From Nymphaea colorata (Eukaryota), in contig NC_045138.2 in NCBI RefSeq assembly GCF_008831285.2, positions 39,680,001 through 39,744,000 of the forward strand: 64,000 bases of DNA, read 5' to 3'. This document shows positions 1 through 12,700 of this stretch, piece by piece (the first letter of the stretch is position 1; every line of letters begins with the position of its first letter). The notes below the pieces were generated by a model, which did no database searches, was not told where the DNA came from, and saw only the letters and a list, made by a program, of their open reading frames with translations. The translations under genes and the position numbers were made by a program.

Positions 1-870
1 CTCAAAGGCATAAGCCTCTGTATGAAGTTGTGGCCTCTAAACAAGTCATTGAACCTGAAAATTTCTCCCTGGAAAATAAAGTGTTAGTGAAAGGCTAGGT
101 ATAACTTGAGAAATTGGGCTAATAATGTTAAGGGATTTAATTCGACTGAAAGAATTCCATACAAACATTGCTGAAAGAAATTAAACATAATAAATGCAAG
201 GCATTGACATGATTTCCTAAAGTACATTAGCATAGAGAGTTCTGTTATTATCTATGTCATGTCAGGGTGATCTGGAGAGGCAAAATATGTAGTCCTTACT
301 CCTTAGCATTTTCAATCATGGTTGCATTAGATTCTTTAGTTGCCTAGATTTTTTACCTTATATGATCAGGAAAAGCTGAAAAATGAGTTATGGAATAAAT
401 TGAAAGATGAGAATTTCCAAACAGTGAACATGTCCATTTTCTTGTATTTATATTTTTATCAAAAGATACCCTTAACGCCTTTCCTTGTTCATGTCATTGT
501 TGCATTCTTAATTTTGTGCTGATGATGAATAGGGTTAGACATTCCATCTAATCACTGTTTTCATATTAAATTGTTATATGTACTAGCATGTAGTTTCAGG
601 GTAATTTAGAAAAATGGCAGCCGAGTACTGTTTTTTGTGTTAGTATATTTGCTTTTTATATAGGCTTGAAGCTTGTATGTTTTGTTTCTTGAATTCTAAG
701 TGAGAGTTTGACTTAAAAATTCTTCAAGTTCTATTTGTTTGTATTTATTGGAAATGCCTCCTTGTGCCTCATACCCTTAAAAGTATGGGTTTTAAGAGTT
801 GCTTTGTGTTGTTTCAGTTTTTTGTCTTGTCAGAGACACTTAAAGTTGTCTTGTTTTCCTTTTTCTCCAG

Positions 871-3800
871 CTTGCTCCATTTGACCCTACAAAGAAGAAG
901 AAAAAGAAGAAGGTTACCGTTCTAGAACCTACGGATGATGCTGTTGATAAATTGGCTGAGAAAACAGAAAACCTTTCAGGTATGAAAATTGCAATAGCTG
1001 ATAATATTTCTGTCAGATAATGTGATTGATTATTACCAACGAGGCAATGGCTATACAGACTAATGCACTGAGTGCTTTCTGATGCATGCTTTGTAGTTGG
1101 CGAAGGCTTTGATTCAACAACGTTTACTGGGAAGAAAAAGAAGAAGAAGCCTGTGAGTGTACAGGATGGCAGGTTGATTGATAGTTTCTCTTCCATTAAA
1201 TGTTATTCTAATAAACTTTTCTACATGATTCTGAAATGCAGGTTGAAGTTGATCTGTTACTTGATGAGAATGGTGATGCTGGAGAAGATCTTGATGGTGA
1301 ACATTTATCAGTGATCATGTAGTTTTTACTTGTCAACATGGAGATTATTATTGTGCCATTTTCTAATTCTAGTTATAGGTTATGATGTTCTAGGATATAA
1401 TGTTTTGCATTTTAGTATCATGGTGCAAACACCGAGTCATGATTCTGACTCTTCTCCTTTTGTATTCTGCTTTTGAGATGCTGCATTACTTTCTGCATTG
1501 TCGTGCTAATGTTGGTTATTCTTGATTTGTGTGCTTATTACAGGTGGCAATATTGATGAAAATGAAGAAGGAGAAGGGATTGTGTTGCAGCGCTATCCAT
1601 GGGAAGGTAGTGATAGAGATTACAAATATGAGGAGGTATGGCTGCTTTAATCCTCATACTGCTTTAATCCTCAGTACGACATTTTTGGCTTTTACCGTGC
1701 CCATTTCATGGTGATGTGTAGTAAAAAGGATAGATACTTAACCTGTTGCCTTGAGCGCTAGTAAGCAAAGGTCTCAGATTATCAAAAAAGCTGTCTTAGG
1801 CTTTTATTTGTTCCTTTTTGTATCGATAGGTAAATAATGTTGGTATTTGTGCGTATGAAGCAAGGAAAAGTGGAAACATTTACGTTTCAATTGCTACTTC
1901 CAATTCAAGTTCTCACTTGTCATATCCCTTTCACAACAGTAATGAGAACTCAACAACTGATAGTGAGTTAGTTGCTTTAAAGTTTTGATGTGTGAACTAT
2001 TACCTGTTAGTGCCATATCCACTGTACATGGTTGATTCAAGCTCTCTGAGATGTTTAGTCCTGAGTAGTCTTATTTCTTTGGCTTAGACAAGAAATAGGT
2101 CAGGTTTGTAGGTGAAGAGATGAGACGTTAGTTAGATGCTTGGATAAGGGTTCTATCTAATTTCTCACAAATAAACCATTGATAAAAATTCAAATTAGGT
2201 ATTAAAATGTTAAAATAAGGTTGAAAAATTTTAGATGTGTCATTTTCCTTTCTGGAAAACAAAAATAATTTGTTTTTTTGCTTTTTTTCTCAAATATCAC
2301 GATTTGCCATGTTCCTTTTTGTTTTTTTGGTTGTTTTCATTTTTAACCTGATCTTTTGAAAAGAACTGCAATATTTGTGACAATAGTTTGGTGTCTTGGA
2401 GAGACCCAAATTGCTTGATGGGCCATTTTGTACATGTGTAATATTGGTTCCCACAACCTTTGAAGTATAGAAGTCCTTTCTTTTTCCCTTTATCAATGGC
2501 GGGGGTGTGGGTTTTGTTTTATTGTGTTTTCTTTTGCTTGTAACAAGTTCTTGAATTTGTACTACTCCCAGTATGTCTTGGTTGACATATGCCTACTTGT
2601 CTATGTCTGAAGTTTCCCCTTTTAAGATTAGTTCCTAGTGCATACTTTGATTGTACTGCCATATTGTTGTCACCATTTGTTTGTATTGCTTGTTTCATGT
2701 TTCACATCCATTTTGTGGCATTCACCGTTAGAAAATTTTGTTAATATTTGGGCTGTCAATAATATCATAAACCGTACACATCATTTATATAATGTACTCA
2801 GTGTGACTTGTTAAGCACAATTTCCTTTTCTGCAGCTACTGGACAGAGTCTTCAACACCTTACGAGAGAATAACCCAGAACTTGCTGGAGACAGGCGTAG
2901 AACTGTGATGAGGCCGCCACAGGTTCTACGGGAGGGTACAAAGAAGACTGTTTTCGTAAACTTCATGGACCTCTGCAAAACGTATGTCCTCTTTCTGAAT
3001 AATGCCTACTAGTGTCCAACTGAAGTCTCGAGTATCTACATGTAAACATCCCAGCATGCAATGACCCATCTCAAGATTGACTCAAATGCATGATCTGGCA
3101 GACCCCAACCCTCTAATTAGCTTTTGCTCATGCTCCAAATGGGCCACGAACTAAGACAACTGATAGTAGAGCACCTAAGTTTTAAAACCTTTCAGCGCCG
3201 TTTGTGACACCCTCAAAAAAAGTCATTTTATAAAAATTAGGTTTTGTTAAAGGTTGGTTTGGTAATAAGTTTTTGAAACTTGTTTTGTGTATTTGGCTGA
3301 CATTCAAAACAGTGTTTTTTGTGAAAAACTGTTTTTTTTTTTGTTTGGGGCGGGGGGGGGGGGGGGGTTGGGTGGGTGGGTGTGGGGAGGGATTGTGGAG
3401 GCTTCCTTTTGAAAACACTGGTTTGTCAAAACAACATGCCCATTTTGCATTCGTTTTAGGGTGTCATCTAAATATGGCCTTAATCTTTTCTTGAGATGAT
3501 CATAAAAGGGCTATTTCCTAGACTTCTTTGCACATGCACACTGTTACATGTTCACGATTATTTATGCACACCGACAGATCTGACCTTTGTAATGGATTAT
3601 TACACTCTTCTGTTTCTCTAATACAATTGCACAGTGTTACTTCTGTTTCTGTAGCCTGTGCTGGTTCTAACGGCAACTGTTGTGATGCAGGATGCATAGG
3701 CAGCCAGAACATGTGATGAATTTCTTACTTGCTGAAATGGGAACCAGTGGGTCTCTTGATGGGCAACAGCGTCTGGTTGTTAAAGGAAGATTCGCACCCA

Positions 3801-5102
3801 AGAACTTTGAGGGCATATTGCGCAGATACGTCAGTAAGTTCTTTGCTAGAATTGGAGTTTTTAATTTAACATTTATGGTTCTTAGCTTTCTAGCTTCTAC
3901 AATATTGCTAAGAAAAAGTGATTATTATCTTCAGATCTCCAGTCTTCACCTCTGTGTCTGTGTGTGTTGTGTGTGCATATATATATATAATTGTACAATA
4001 GAGTGCAACGTCCTATAGCTAAATATAATTGTGATGACTACGTTTTTTTTTACAAAATTAGCCACATGGATGTGATCTCCATGGTTACAAGACCATGGAA
4101 TGGGAAAAGATCACGTTTTCTTGGTTGGATGTTTTCAGCTGAGAAAGTTCAAGCTGCCGATCTTTAAGTCTGTGAAAACAGGACGTAGGCATTGGTAAAC
4201 GTGATAGTTTTTTTATCTTGACTTTTTAAATATTCTAATCACATTTGTGCAGTTATTCTATAACAAACAAACATACAACTGAGATACTTAGGTAGAGTAT
4301 GTTACGTTAGGAATACATGACATGCACACACATGTATTCCCCAGTGATACAAAGATATACCTGGTATGCGTAAGGATCACTGGAGTTGTGCTGTTGAATT
4401 GGTTATTGACGTTGGTGTATTAACAGTGGACCTTAATAAGAGCATTTGTACTTCTGATTTTCTCGGTAGTTCTTGTCTTTCTAGAGAAGTTTTATGCTTC
4501 ATGATATTATGAGGAAGTCTGAAATTTTTTTCTCAAGTGAATAATGACCATGTATAAGATTAGGAGAAAATCTGTACGGTGGTTTTACGAGATGAAGAAA
4601 GTTTGGCTTTTCTAATATGTGCTACTTCATACATCAGATGAATACGTTATCTGCAATGGATGCAAAAGCCCTGATACAATTCTATCAAAGGAAAATCGTC
4701 TTTTCTTCCTTCGTTGTGAACAGGTACGTCTCTTTTACTTCACATCCTAGACTTTCATTTATGGGTATGTTCCCAGTCGGATGCGATAACTTTCTTCTTT
4801 TGAACGTCCCCACAAACGTATGTATGTTTAGATATGTATTATATTCTTCTTCACCTCAAACTCAAAGTTTCGTTTGGGTATGTTTCCAGTTTTATGTCAA
4901 TGGTTATGAATTGGGAATTTCTGTCCTTACGAGGGGAAATGTCACATATTGAATAGAAGATAGAGTTAAATAAGCTGCATATTATTTAGTGATAGAGATA
5001 CTGACTTGATATTCTTTCGTGCAGTGTGGATGTTCTCGCTCTGTTGCTCCCATCAAGGCTGGTTTTGTTGCACGTGTTCATCGCCGAAAAGCTGGAACCT
5101 AG
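871..5102 (+). CDS. eIF2beta: Eukaryotic translation initiation factor 2 subunit beta (5'-partial; first coding exon lies upstream of the window)
   Basis: GT-AG exons 871-979, 1097-1152, 1242-1296, 1544-1635, 2836-2981, 3691-3833, 4638-4723 and 5025-5102 join in frame. The product has [14 protein letters not shown] and a second poly-Lys box, [57 protein letters not shown] and a C4 zinc finger (CNGC...CEQC). It ends at TAG 5100-5102. Confidence 0.96.
3195..3441. mobile_element. Degenerate Tourist/PIF-Harbinger-like MITE in an eIF2-beta intron
   Basis: Ends GCGCCGTTTG ... CAAAACAACATGCCC resemble the GGGGCGTTTG/CAAACGCCCC termini of other elements in this window. The interior is AT-rich. No clear TSD. 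Confidence 0.35.
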
Positions 5103-5544
5103 GTGCACCATCATAAGGTCCACGTCAAATGTGAGGGCTAAGAGTTTTGGAGTTGTAATAGCAGTGGTGGGCCTGTAGGCTGTATTACCCATCCTAAAGC
5201 TTGAGTTACATAAGCAGTTGTGATTTTGTCTTTTTGACTTGCAAGGAATTCAATATGGTAAGCTGGTTATGGGTTTTCGTGTTGGCATCTTCTATTTATT
5301 TTCGGGATTGACGCTTCCTCCTATGTTTACTGGGTATAGTAGTTCTGCTCTATGGTGGATATTTACCATGTGGAAGATATGATGAGGCTTCATTGGATCT
5401 TTGTTATTAGCGATGGTGCGGTGGAGAATGTCACTGTTAAGATTTAGACCATGTAAAAAACATCTTTGATGTTTCGGAAATATCTCATTATTGCCACTTT
5501 GAAGACAGCCGAAAGTAATCAGCCAAGTTTTATCTTTTTAAAGT

Positions 5545-5810
5545 ATTGCCTGAAACAAGGAAATCGCGATGTTATCTTGCGGAAAATTGAGTCAACATGT
5601 TTTGCAACTTTTATGAAAGCCTTTGTTTTCATGTTTTTAAGCATGTGATTTCATCTTTTTCTGTCGATTTTATGTTTCTCGAGTTTTATCATTTTAAACT
5701 ATTGCCTGAAACAAGGAAATCGCGATGTTATGTTTCGGAAAATTGAGTCATGTTTTGCAACTTTTATGAAAGTCTTTGTTTTCATCATCTTTTTCTGTCG
5801 ATTTTATGTT
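5545..5810. repeat. Imperfect tandem duplication (~155 bp period) downstream of eIF2-beta
   Basis: TATTGCCTGAAACAAGGAAATCGCGATGTTAT...TTTTCTGTCGATTTTATGTTT occurs at ~5545-5677 and again at ~5700-5810 with small indels. Confidence 0.9.
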
Positions 5811-7317
5811 TATTCAGAAAGTTATTTACTTGTTTTTTTATTTTTTCAAGAAAAGTTACTAGATACGTTTTTTTATTTAATATTGTAACCTGCAAAAAAA
5901 TAGGCATCCGGACAACGGCAAGAATTTGACTGTTGATTCGTTTGAGAGAGAGCTTAACCTGTTTGGTTTACTGATCTTACATGGTCCGCAAACTGAACTA
6001 AACTATCGATGGATGGCCGAATTTTTCTGGTGAGTCAACTTGTTTCGACGCAACCTTCATCGGATGGACACAATTTGTTTACATTGCCAAGTAAAGGGAA
6101 ATTAGTGATTTCTAAACCGTGTCGCACGGCCATCAACGGGTGATAAGAGATTAACTAATAACAACCCACCGCCCGGGTCTTGGGTTGCACCTATGTGGCG
6201 TATGGTATAACTTGACTGTTGCGATTCTACACTAGTATTTGCCAGAATTGAACTTTACACGTTTGCCTGTCTGACCAGTGCCTCTTGAATTGCAGTATGC
6301 ACATCTTATTTTCTCGTGGAAATGGAGGAGAATCTTCTCGTTGGGAAGTCGTAAATGTAATGTGGATAAATTTTGTCTACTTTGCCAAAATCGGATGCTG
6401 TTTGGTGAGTAGGTGATTTTGTTTCATTACTTGCGTGAGAGACTGCACATTTTTATGTGTTCTGCCTTCACCTGTTGGTAGACCGGCCTTTCGTACTCTG
6501 CTGACGAGATAAACACTAATTACGATGAACAACTCTTCTTGTGGTTTTCATCATTTTCCGTAGATTCGAAGCAATTTTAACGTATCACTCCTTTCTCTTG
6601 CCCCTTGCTTGAAGTTTGCATATCAAGCTTCTTTCCTCAGGGACATAAGTCGAGGTAAAGCCCGTCAAAGTCCCTGTTTTTAGCTCAATTTTTGTGGGCA
6701 CTATGTTTATGTGTTAGTGGTGAAGTGACAAGTGTAGTACTCGTTGACAACTCTTAGAAAAAAAAGAAGGGGTGGGGTTGTTAAAACTCTTATTGCTTAA
6801 ACACTATAGATTTGTTTGTTGGACTACTTGTTATTTAATACCATTTTATCCTACTAATGACCGTTGAATAAAGATCTCCAATGGATTATCTTCGGGATAT
6901 TGATGAGTAGTTCGGGAAATGCTTGCCTTGAGCTGCTTCATTTTTGCATGAGAAGTACGCAAGAGCACCTTGCTAAACTTTAAACCTCGAAATTGATTGT
7001 TCTCTCAACGATGTAACTAATTTTTTTAGTTAAAAGTGGTTTATCTAATGGAAAACTTCCGTAGCTGCGACAAGTTTTCAAGCCACACTAGTGAACAATC
7101 TATCACTGAAAGCGCTTCATTCCTCCTGGTTCCATATAACCACTTCAGAAAATTGGTGCCCACAATAATGTAGATTATGTTCTAAAAAAAAATTAGAGTT
7201 CAATCAAGAGCACCAATATGGCCAAATGTTAAAACTTATCAAGTTCATCGCCTTTGTACATGGAGCAGCAGCTCGTAGATAAAACCATCAGTACATATCC
7301 AAGAGTCTTAATACAGT

Positions 7318-8965
7318 TTACACAAAGAGGAGGGGCAATAGGATGAGCCCCAGCACGCCGGCAAAATAGTGCAGCATAGGTGCAGAAGAAGAGTTAGAAG
7401 CATCAGCTGGTGGAGATGTGTCCGGTGCGCCATCATCGTCGGGTCCAGTTGCAGCGGATGCCTTTCCTACAGTGATGCTGAGTTTCAATCCTTGATCACA
7501 GTGAGTTCCGATGCCGCAGAAGAAATAATGGTTTCCTCCTTTTGTGAGTGGAATTATAGTGGGTCCGACGGGGTGCATTCCGATCACCTTATCCTGAGTG
7601 CAGCCATCGAAGTCGGCCTCCGACACTTCAAGCACATTGTGGAGAGCAGAAGTATACAGGAACACTGGATTTCAACATGAAAGTTTCATGTCAATCAGTC
7701 GCCGACTCTTCATTAGTACCATGGAATCATGAAAGAGTTAACAAATGTCTATTTACCAAAGGCTCTGAAGCTATGGAAATACTCCTCTCGGAAGTTATAA
7801 CTGCTAATCTCTTTTAGAACATCTGTGCAAATTTTGGTTCTGGCGGGTTTCAATAATTTGAATCTATTGAGCAAGCAGAGAGTTTTCACAAGCATAATTT
7901 TAACTATCAACGTCACAAACTTCATGAGGCATGGTTCAATCGTATGCATTTATGAATGAATTTTGTGACATTGACCGTTAAACTCTTATATATATGTTAG
8001 AACCATTGTTACAAAAAAATGTGTTCAAAGTATTATAGGGTGAAGAATTTCTTAAGTATAATACAATAAAGTTGTATGTTTCGGGAATAAAACAAAAAAA
8101 TCTCAGTAAAATTTTAAAAAATTTAAAACATTTAATAAATCTTAAAAATTATAAAAAATAAAAAAATCACAAAAAAATGAAAAACGTAAGCAAAAAAAGG
8201 AAAAAGGTGTGTTTTCAATAATACGTGTTTTTTTACGTTTTTTTATTTATTTTTTGGCCTTTTTTTTAAAACACGTTTTTCATGTTTAATACAGCTTTTG
8301 GCATATCATACGCATTTTTTCGAATAGAACCCATTTTTTGTGACAATACTTAGAACATGTTCCTTCATTTTGGTGGTGGAATGCCTGGAACATAGAACAC
8401 ATATTTATGTAATTGCTGTCTGGAACACCTGTTGTAAGAACTGCCCGTCTTGTTTCAGACATTCCCAAAGACGGATAGCAAAATTTTTTATTGCAAAATT
8501 TATTATCTTTGGTGTGTCCGTTGTTCAGATTGATTTTATGGAAAGAAAACGAAAATAATTTTTAAGCAGAAGCTTCGTGTAACCGCCTTTTAGAGAAAGC
8601 AGAAAAAAGAATCTGTACTGCCACAGATATTGTGCATCGAGCAGATTATGATGAACACATGTCTCATTCTAGATTCACAAAACATGACATGCGATATTGT
8701 TCTTCGCGTGGATCAAACAAGGGGACGCATCAAACATCACAGGGAGAAATTCCTCAAGCAAACTGATGGAATCGAAAGCGCACTTACCCAGTTGATCGTT
8801 CAGTTCAAAGGTTCTAGGTTTGGCCCATTCCTGGTAGAAGGTGGCATTGGGTGGTATTTTCCAACCAAAGCTTCCTCCAACAATGTGATCCATGGCGGAC
8901 GCCTCCCCAAGAAGCAGAGCACAGATGGCCATGGCGAGCAGCGACCCTGCTAGAGATGGAGCCAT
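7318..8965 (-). CDS. Phytocyanin (blue copper protein, uclacyanin/stellacyanin-like) with signal peptide and probable GPI-anchor signal
   Basis: Exon 1 8965-8788 encodes the signal peptide MAPSLAGSLLAMAICALLLGEASA, then HIVGGSFGW...W...TFELNDQL. Exon 2 7664-7318 encodes VFLY...HNVLEV...FDGC...YFFCGIGTHCDQGLKL, a Pro/Ser/Ala/Asp linker and a hydrophobic C-terminus. The phase-1 intron is at the usual phytocyanin position. Confidence 0.93.
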
Positions 8966-9031
8966 CCCTGCTCCGCTTTAGTTGCAGAATCTTGTATGAA
9001 CTATTGTTAAGCTGCAGGTATTATCATCTCG

Positions 9032-9126
9032 TTCTCTCGCTCATCGATCCAAGTTCACCACACAGCCTGCAATGAGGTCTGTTGTTCCCTCGCTTATCGA
9101 TCCAAATTCACGACACAGCCTGTAAT
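9032..9126. repeat. Direct repeat (~42 bp, two copies) just upstream of the phytocyanin start codon
   Basis: TTCTCTCGCTCATCGATCCAAGTTCACCACACAGCCTGCAAT vs TTCCCTCGCTTATCGATCCAAATTCACGACACAGCCTGTAAT. CATTGTTTGAGGCA is also repeated at ~9129 and ~9180. Confidence 0.8.
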
Positions 9127-9773
9127 AACATTGTTTGAGGCAATTCTGGGAATGGCCATGGTTGGCTTTGAATGCGTCTCATTGTTTGAGGCACTATATT
9201 TAGGGAGGATGGTTCTTCATGGGGCCCAAGTTTTAGAACATGGTGTGGATGGACAAGGACCCTGAACATGGAAATTTTACATTCTTAAGGTCTTCCTTAT
9301 TGGGTATTGACAAACGCAAACCTTGATTTCTTAGCCTTTTCCGTTAACACATTCATCTTCTCCGTAACGAGTGAAACTTCATTCTTTGTTTCACTGGACA
9401 GATGATTTGAAGGCCGCGGTTAAATCAATTTCAGACTGGTTGTTAGGAATTTTATTATAGAAAAATTAACGAAAAAAATTAAAAAGCTTCAAGTTGTACT
9501 AAAGTTTGTTAATTTTAAAACTAAGTGTTATATTAAGTAGATATAAAATCGCCCTTATTTATAGATCGTTTAATCGACATGAAGATTTTTCCAAAGGAAA
9601 AATATTAATTGACATTTACGTGAACAATTAATATGTATGTGTTTGCTAATAATAAAGTCTGGAGCCTACCGCTAGGAATTCTCCCTTTATTGGAATTAAA
9701 TATGTTTGTGCTTTTTTCCCGCCATTCCTGTTGCCATTTCAGTCTCAAGAAAGGGAAGGTTGAGTGGGGAGTG

Positions 9774-12700
9774 ATGGTAGTGACCCGCCATTCCCTTTCC
9801 CTCTTCCTCACCAAAGCCGCCGCCGCCACTACCACTCAGTAAGAGCCTTTCTTTCCCCCTTCTCTACCTCGCTCTCCCTCTCTCTCCTGCATCCCCATAA
9901 TCGCGATGGATTAATTTCGTTTAAATCGATCGCTTCTGCTTCAGGAAATTGGGAAGGAGAGGAACAGGAAGTCGATCATTCCCACGTATCTCTTTTTCTT
10001 TCTCCTTCTCGACAGCCTCCGCAGCTAGGACGGTAGTTGGTATGGGCAGCAGCGGAGACGGTGGTCGTGGCGCTCTCATCGTGCTCGAAGGGTTGGATCG
10101 GTGTGGAAAGACGTCGCAGTCCACCAGGCTCTTCTCCTTCCTGCAGGAACAAGGGTTCTCCGTTGAATCGTGGCGCTTCCCTGATCGGACGACCTCAGTC
10201 GGCGGTGTCATCTCGTCCTACCTCGCAAATGCTTCTGAGCTGGACGATCACACAGTGCATCTGCTCTTCAGCGCCAACCGATGGGAGAAGAGGTGAATTT
10301 TCCTTTACTTTTGTTCGCTATTGTATTTCTTATTATTGATTAAAAGAAATTGTGCGCACAATCTGATTGTTGATGTGGTAGTTAAACTTCGGTTAGGGTT
10401 TTCTTTATCTGTCATCTTTTGGGGCTTAATTTTCATCGTGGAAGACCCGCGTGGTCTTTATGTACCAGATTAATCTGCAGAATTCGTCGAAAAATTGTCC
10501 TCTTGTGAAACGTTTACGATGATACAAGAAGCAATACTTGATTTGCTTTATCAGATCGAATTATTTTGATGCTGCTTTTCTGATTTCTTGAGAACTTTTT
10601 TGTTGTGGACTAAAGATGTTTCGTGAGTAAATCCGCGTTTGGAATTCATTGATGGATTTATGGCTCCAAGAATGGGATTATTGGTTACAAATGTGTTAAT
10701 TTTTTACTGTTTTAAACACTTAACAGTAGTAGCAACCCAGATCATTGTCGCAGGAGAGAACAGGGAAATCCCTAGATCTTATGTTCATCTTGGCAGCCTA
10801 ATCATGGCACAGCCTTTTGCATGTATCCACAACCACTTCTGTCACGTCTAGCTGAGATACATAGGTCAAATGACAAGTCCCTCCTGGCGGACCCTGTGCT
10901 ACAATTTGTTCTCTTATTTTCTTCAAGGCATGACTCTCTCGCTTATTGTTGTCCACGGTGTTGTTTCATTCAATAGTTTGCTGCTTCCATGCGTTGTGAC
11001 CTTTTTTTTTTCCACCACTTTCTTCATTAGCAGCGACTTTGTGTGAGTTATTGTGTATTCAGTGGGTTGGGGTGAGAGTCATGCCTTTTGTTTGGATGAA
11101 CAGGTCAGGAAGCATGCATACCGTATCTATATGCTTTGCTAGTTTGAAAACCGATATCAAAAGGTGTTATTCCAGAATATCATTATATACTGAAAACCAA
11201 GTGTTTCTCTACCTCAAGCAATATCAAACTTGTATACGATGTTTCGAAGAGCCACTTGTTTATGCTATGAACTTGCTGGATAGCTAAAATATTCATATGG
11301 TTTGTTTGATTCTCGCTTGGAACTGTTAGACAGTAACTTTTTCCCTGGTGGGTAATGGTACTCTGGAATGAGAAAAAGTTAAAAGAGTGTATACTCACGA
11401 CATGCCAGTGCATGCTTCAGGGATACTTGTATTGACTTGCACATTTGCTTGCAATCACATAATGACGTGCATGGTGGAACAACTGCTGACTTTGAATCCG
11501 CTTTTTATAGGTCCCTAATGGAAAGCAAGCTAAGAAACAGGACCTCAATAATTGTTGACCGCTATTCATATTCTGGCGTGGCTTTCTCAGCTGCTAAGGG
11601 ACTTGATCTTGAATGGTGTAAGGTGCATACTCTTTCCAAAATGAGTAAATGTATTTAATGCATGATTTTCTGTCTGAAATTAAAGTGATCTTTTTTCTTT
11701 TTCAGGCTCCTGAAATTGGATTGCTTGCGCCAGATCTTGTGCTTTACCTAGACATAAACCCTGAGGTACTTTATGCTGTCATTTTGCTGCTTTGCATACA
11801 CAAATGAATGGGGCGGTTCTGACTAGTGAAATAGAAAAAAGTGATCCAAGAATGAACTAAAAAATGTTCTAGTGATGTGTCTGTTGAAAATTAGAATGTC
11901 CATTATACTGTGCCAACGGAAAAGGCACCAAAATCATGAGAGAAAAATAATTAATAATTTTAAATGTTATATGGATGCCCACTGATTGTTTGAAGAACCA
12001 AAAGTTTTTGTTTTCATGAGATTAAACATGGAGGATAAGAAAGGAAATTAATCAAAAGAAACAATATGTAGCGATTATTCTTTTCACGAGTTAACAAGTT
12101 ATGTTCAGATACTAATGAGAAAAGCACTGATGATTGACTTTGGGCCTTAAGTTGCACAAGTGGATGTATTAGCATATGTCAGTTTGCCATGCTGAACTCA
12201 GGGAAGCCGTCTTTGTAGTTTCGTTTGTGAAAATATCCATTGTTGAAGACTAAATAGTAAGGACAATTTATGCAGCCGGATTCTAAGAAAATGGAAATGA
12301 AAGCTTTCCATGTTTAGTTCTTCCGTAAGGAAAGATTGGCAGCTATATTATGTTGATTATAGTCTTTATATAGCTTGATGTGAGTTCCATTCTCAATCTA
12401 TCCCTATTTGAATAAATGCGGTTCAACTTTCGTGTTCATCTTAAGCTCTCAAGCTTCCTTTTGGTATTTGTTTTGTCCTCATTTCTGAAGTTCTATATCC
12501 TAATATGGATGTGAAGATGTATTTATGTTTCAGGTGAGCTCCATTGTCTGTTTCTGCCTTTTCATCTTTATGCAATTTAGTTGATCATTGCTCAAGCACA
12601 AAACGCATATGTTTGAGTTATACCAGGAGACATGGTCCTCCAGCAAACAGTGCGATGGTTTCAGACCTTTTGGCTAGACAAATTCTGGTTCAGAACATGT

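Noticed and set aside
8930..9000. miR408 target site near the phytocyanin start codon
   Set aside because: Only a short CAGGGA match to the expected GCCAGGGAAGAGGCAGTGCA site.
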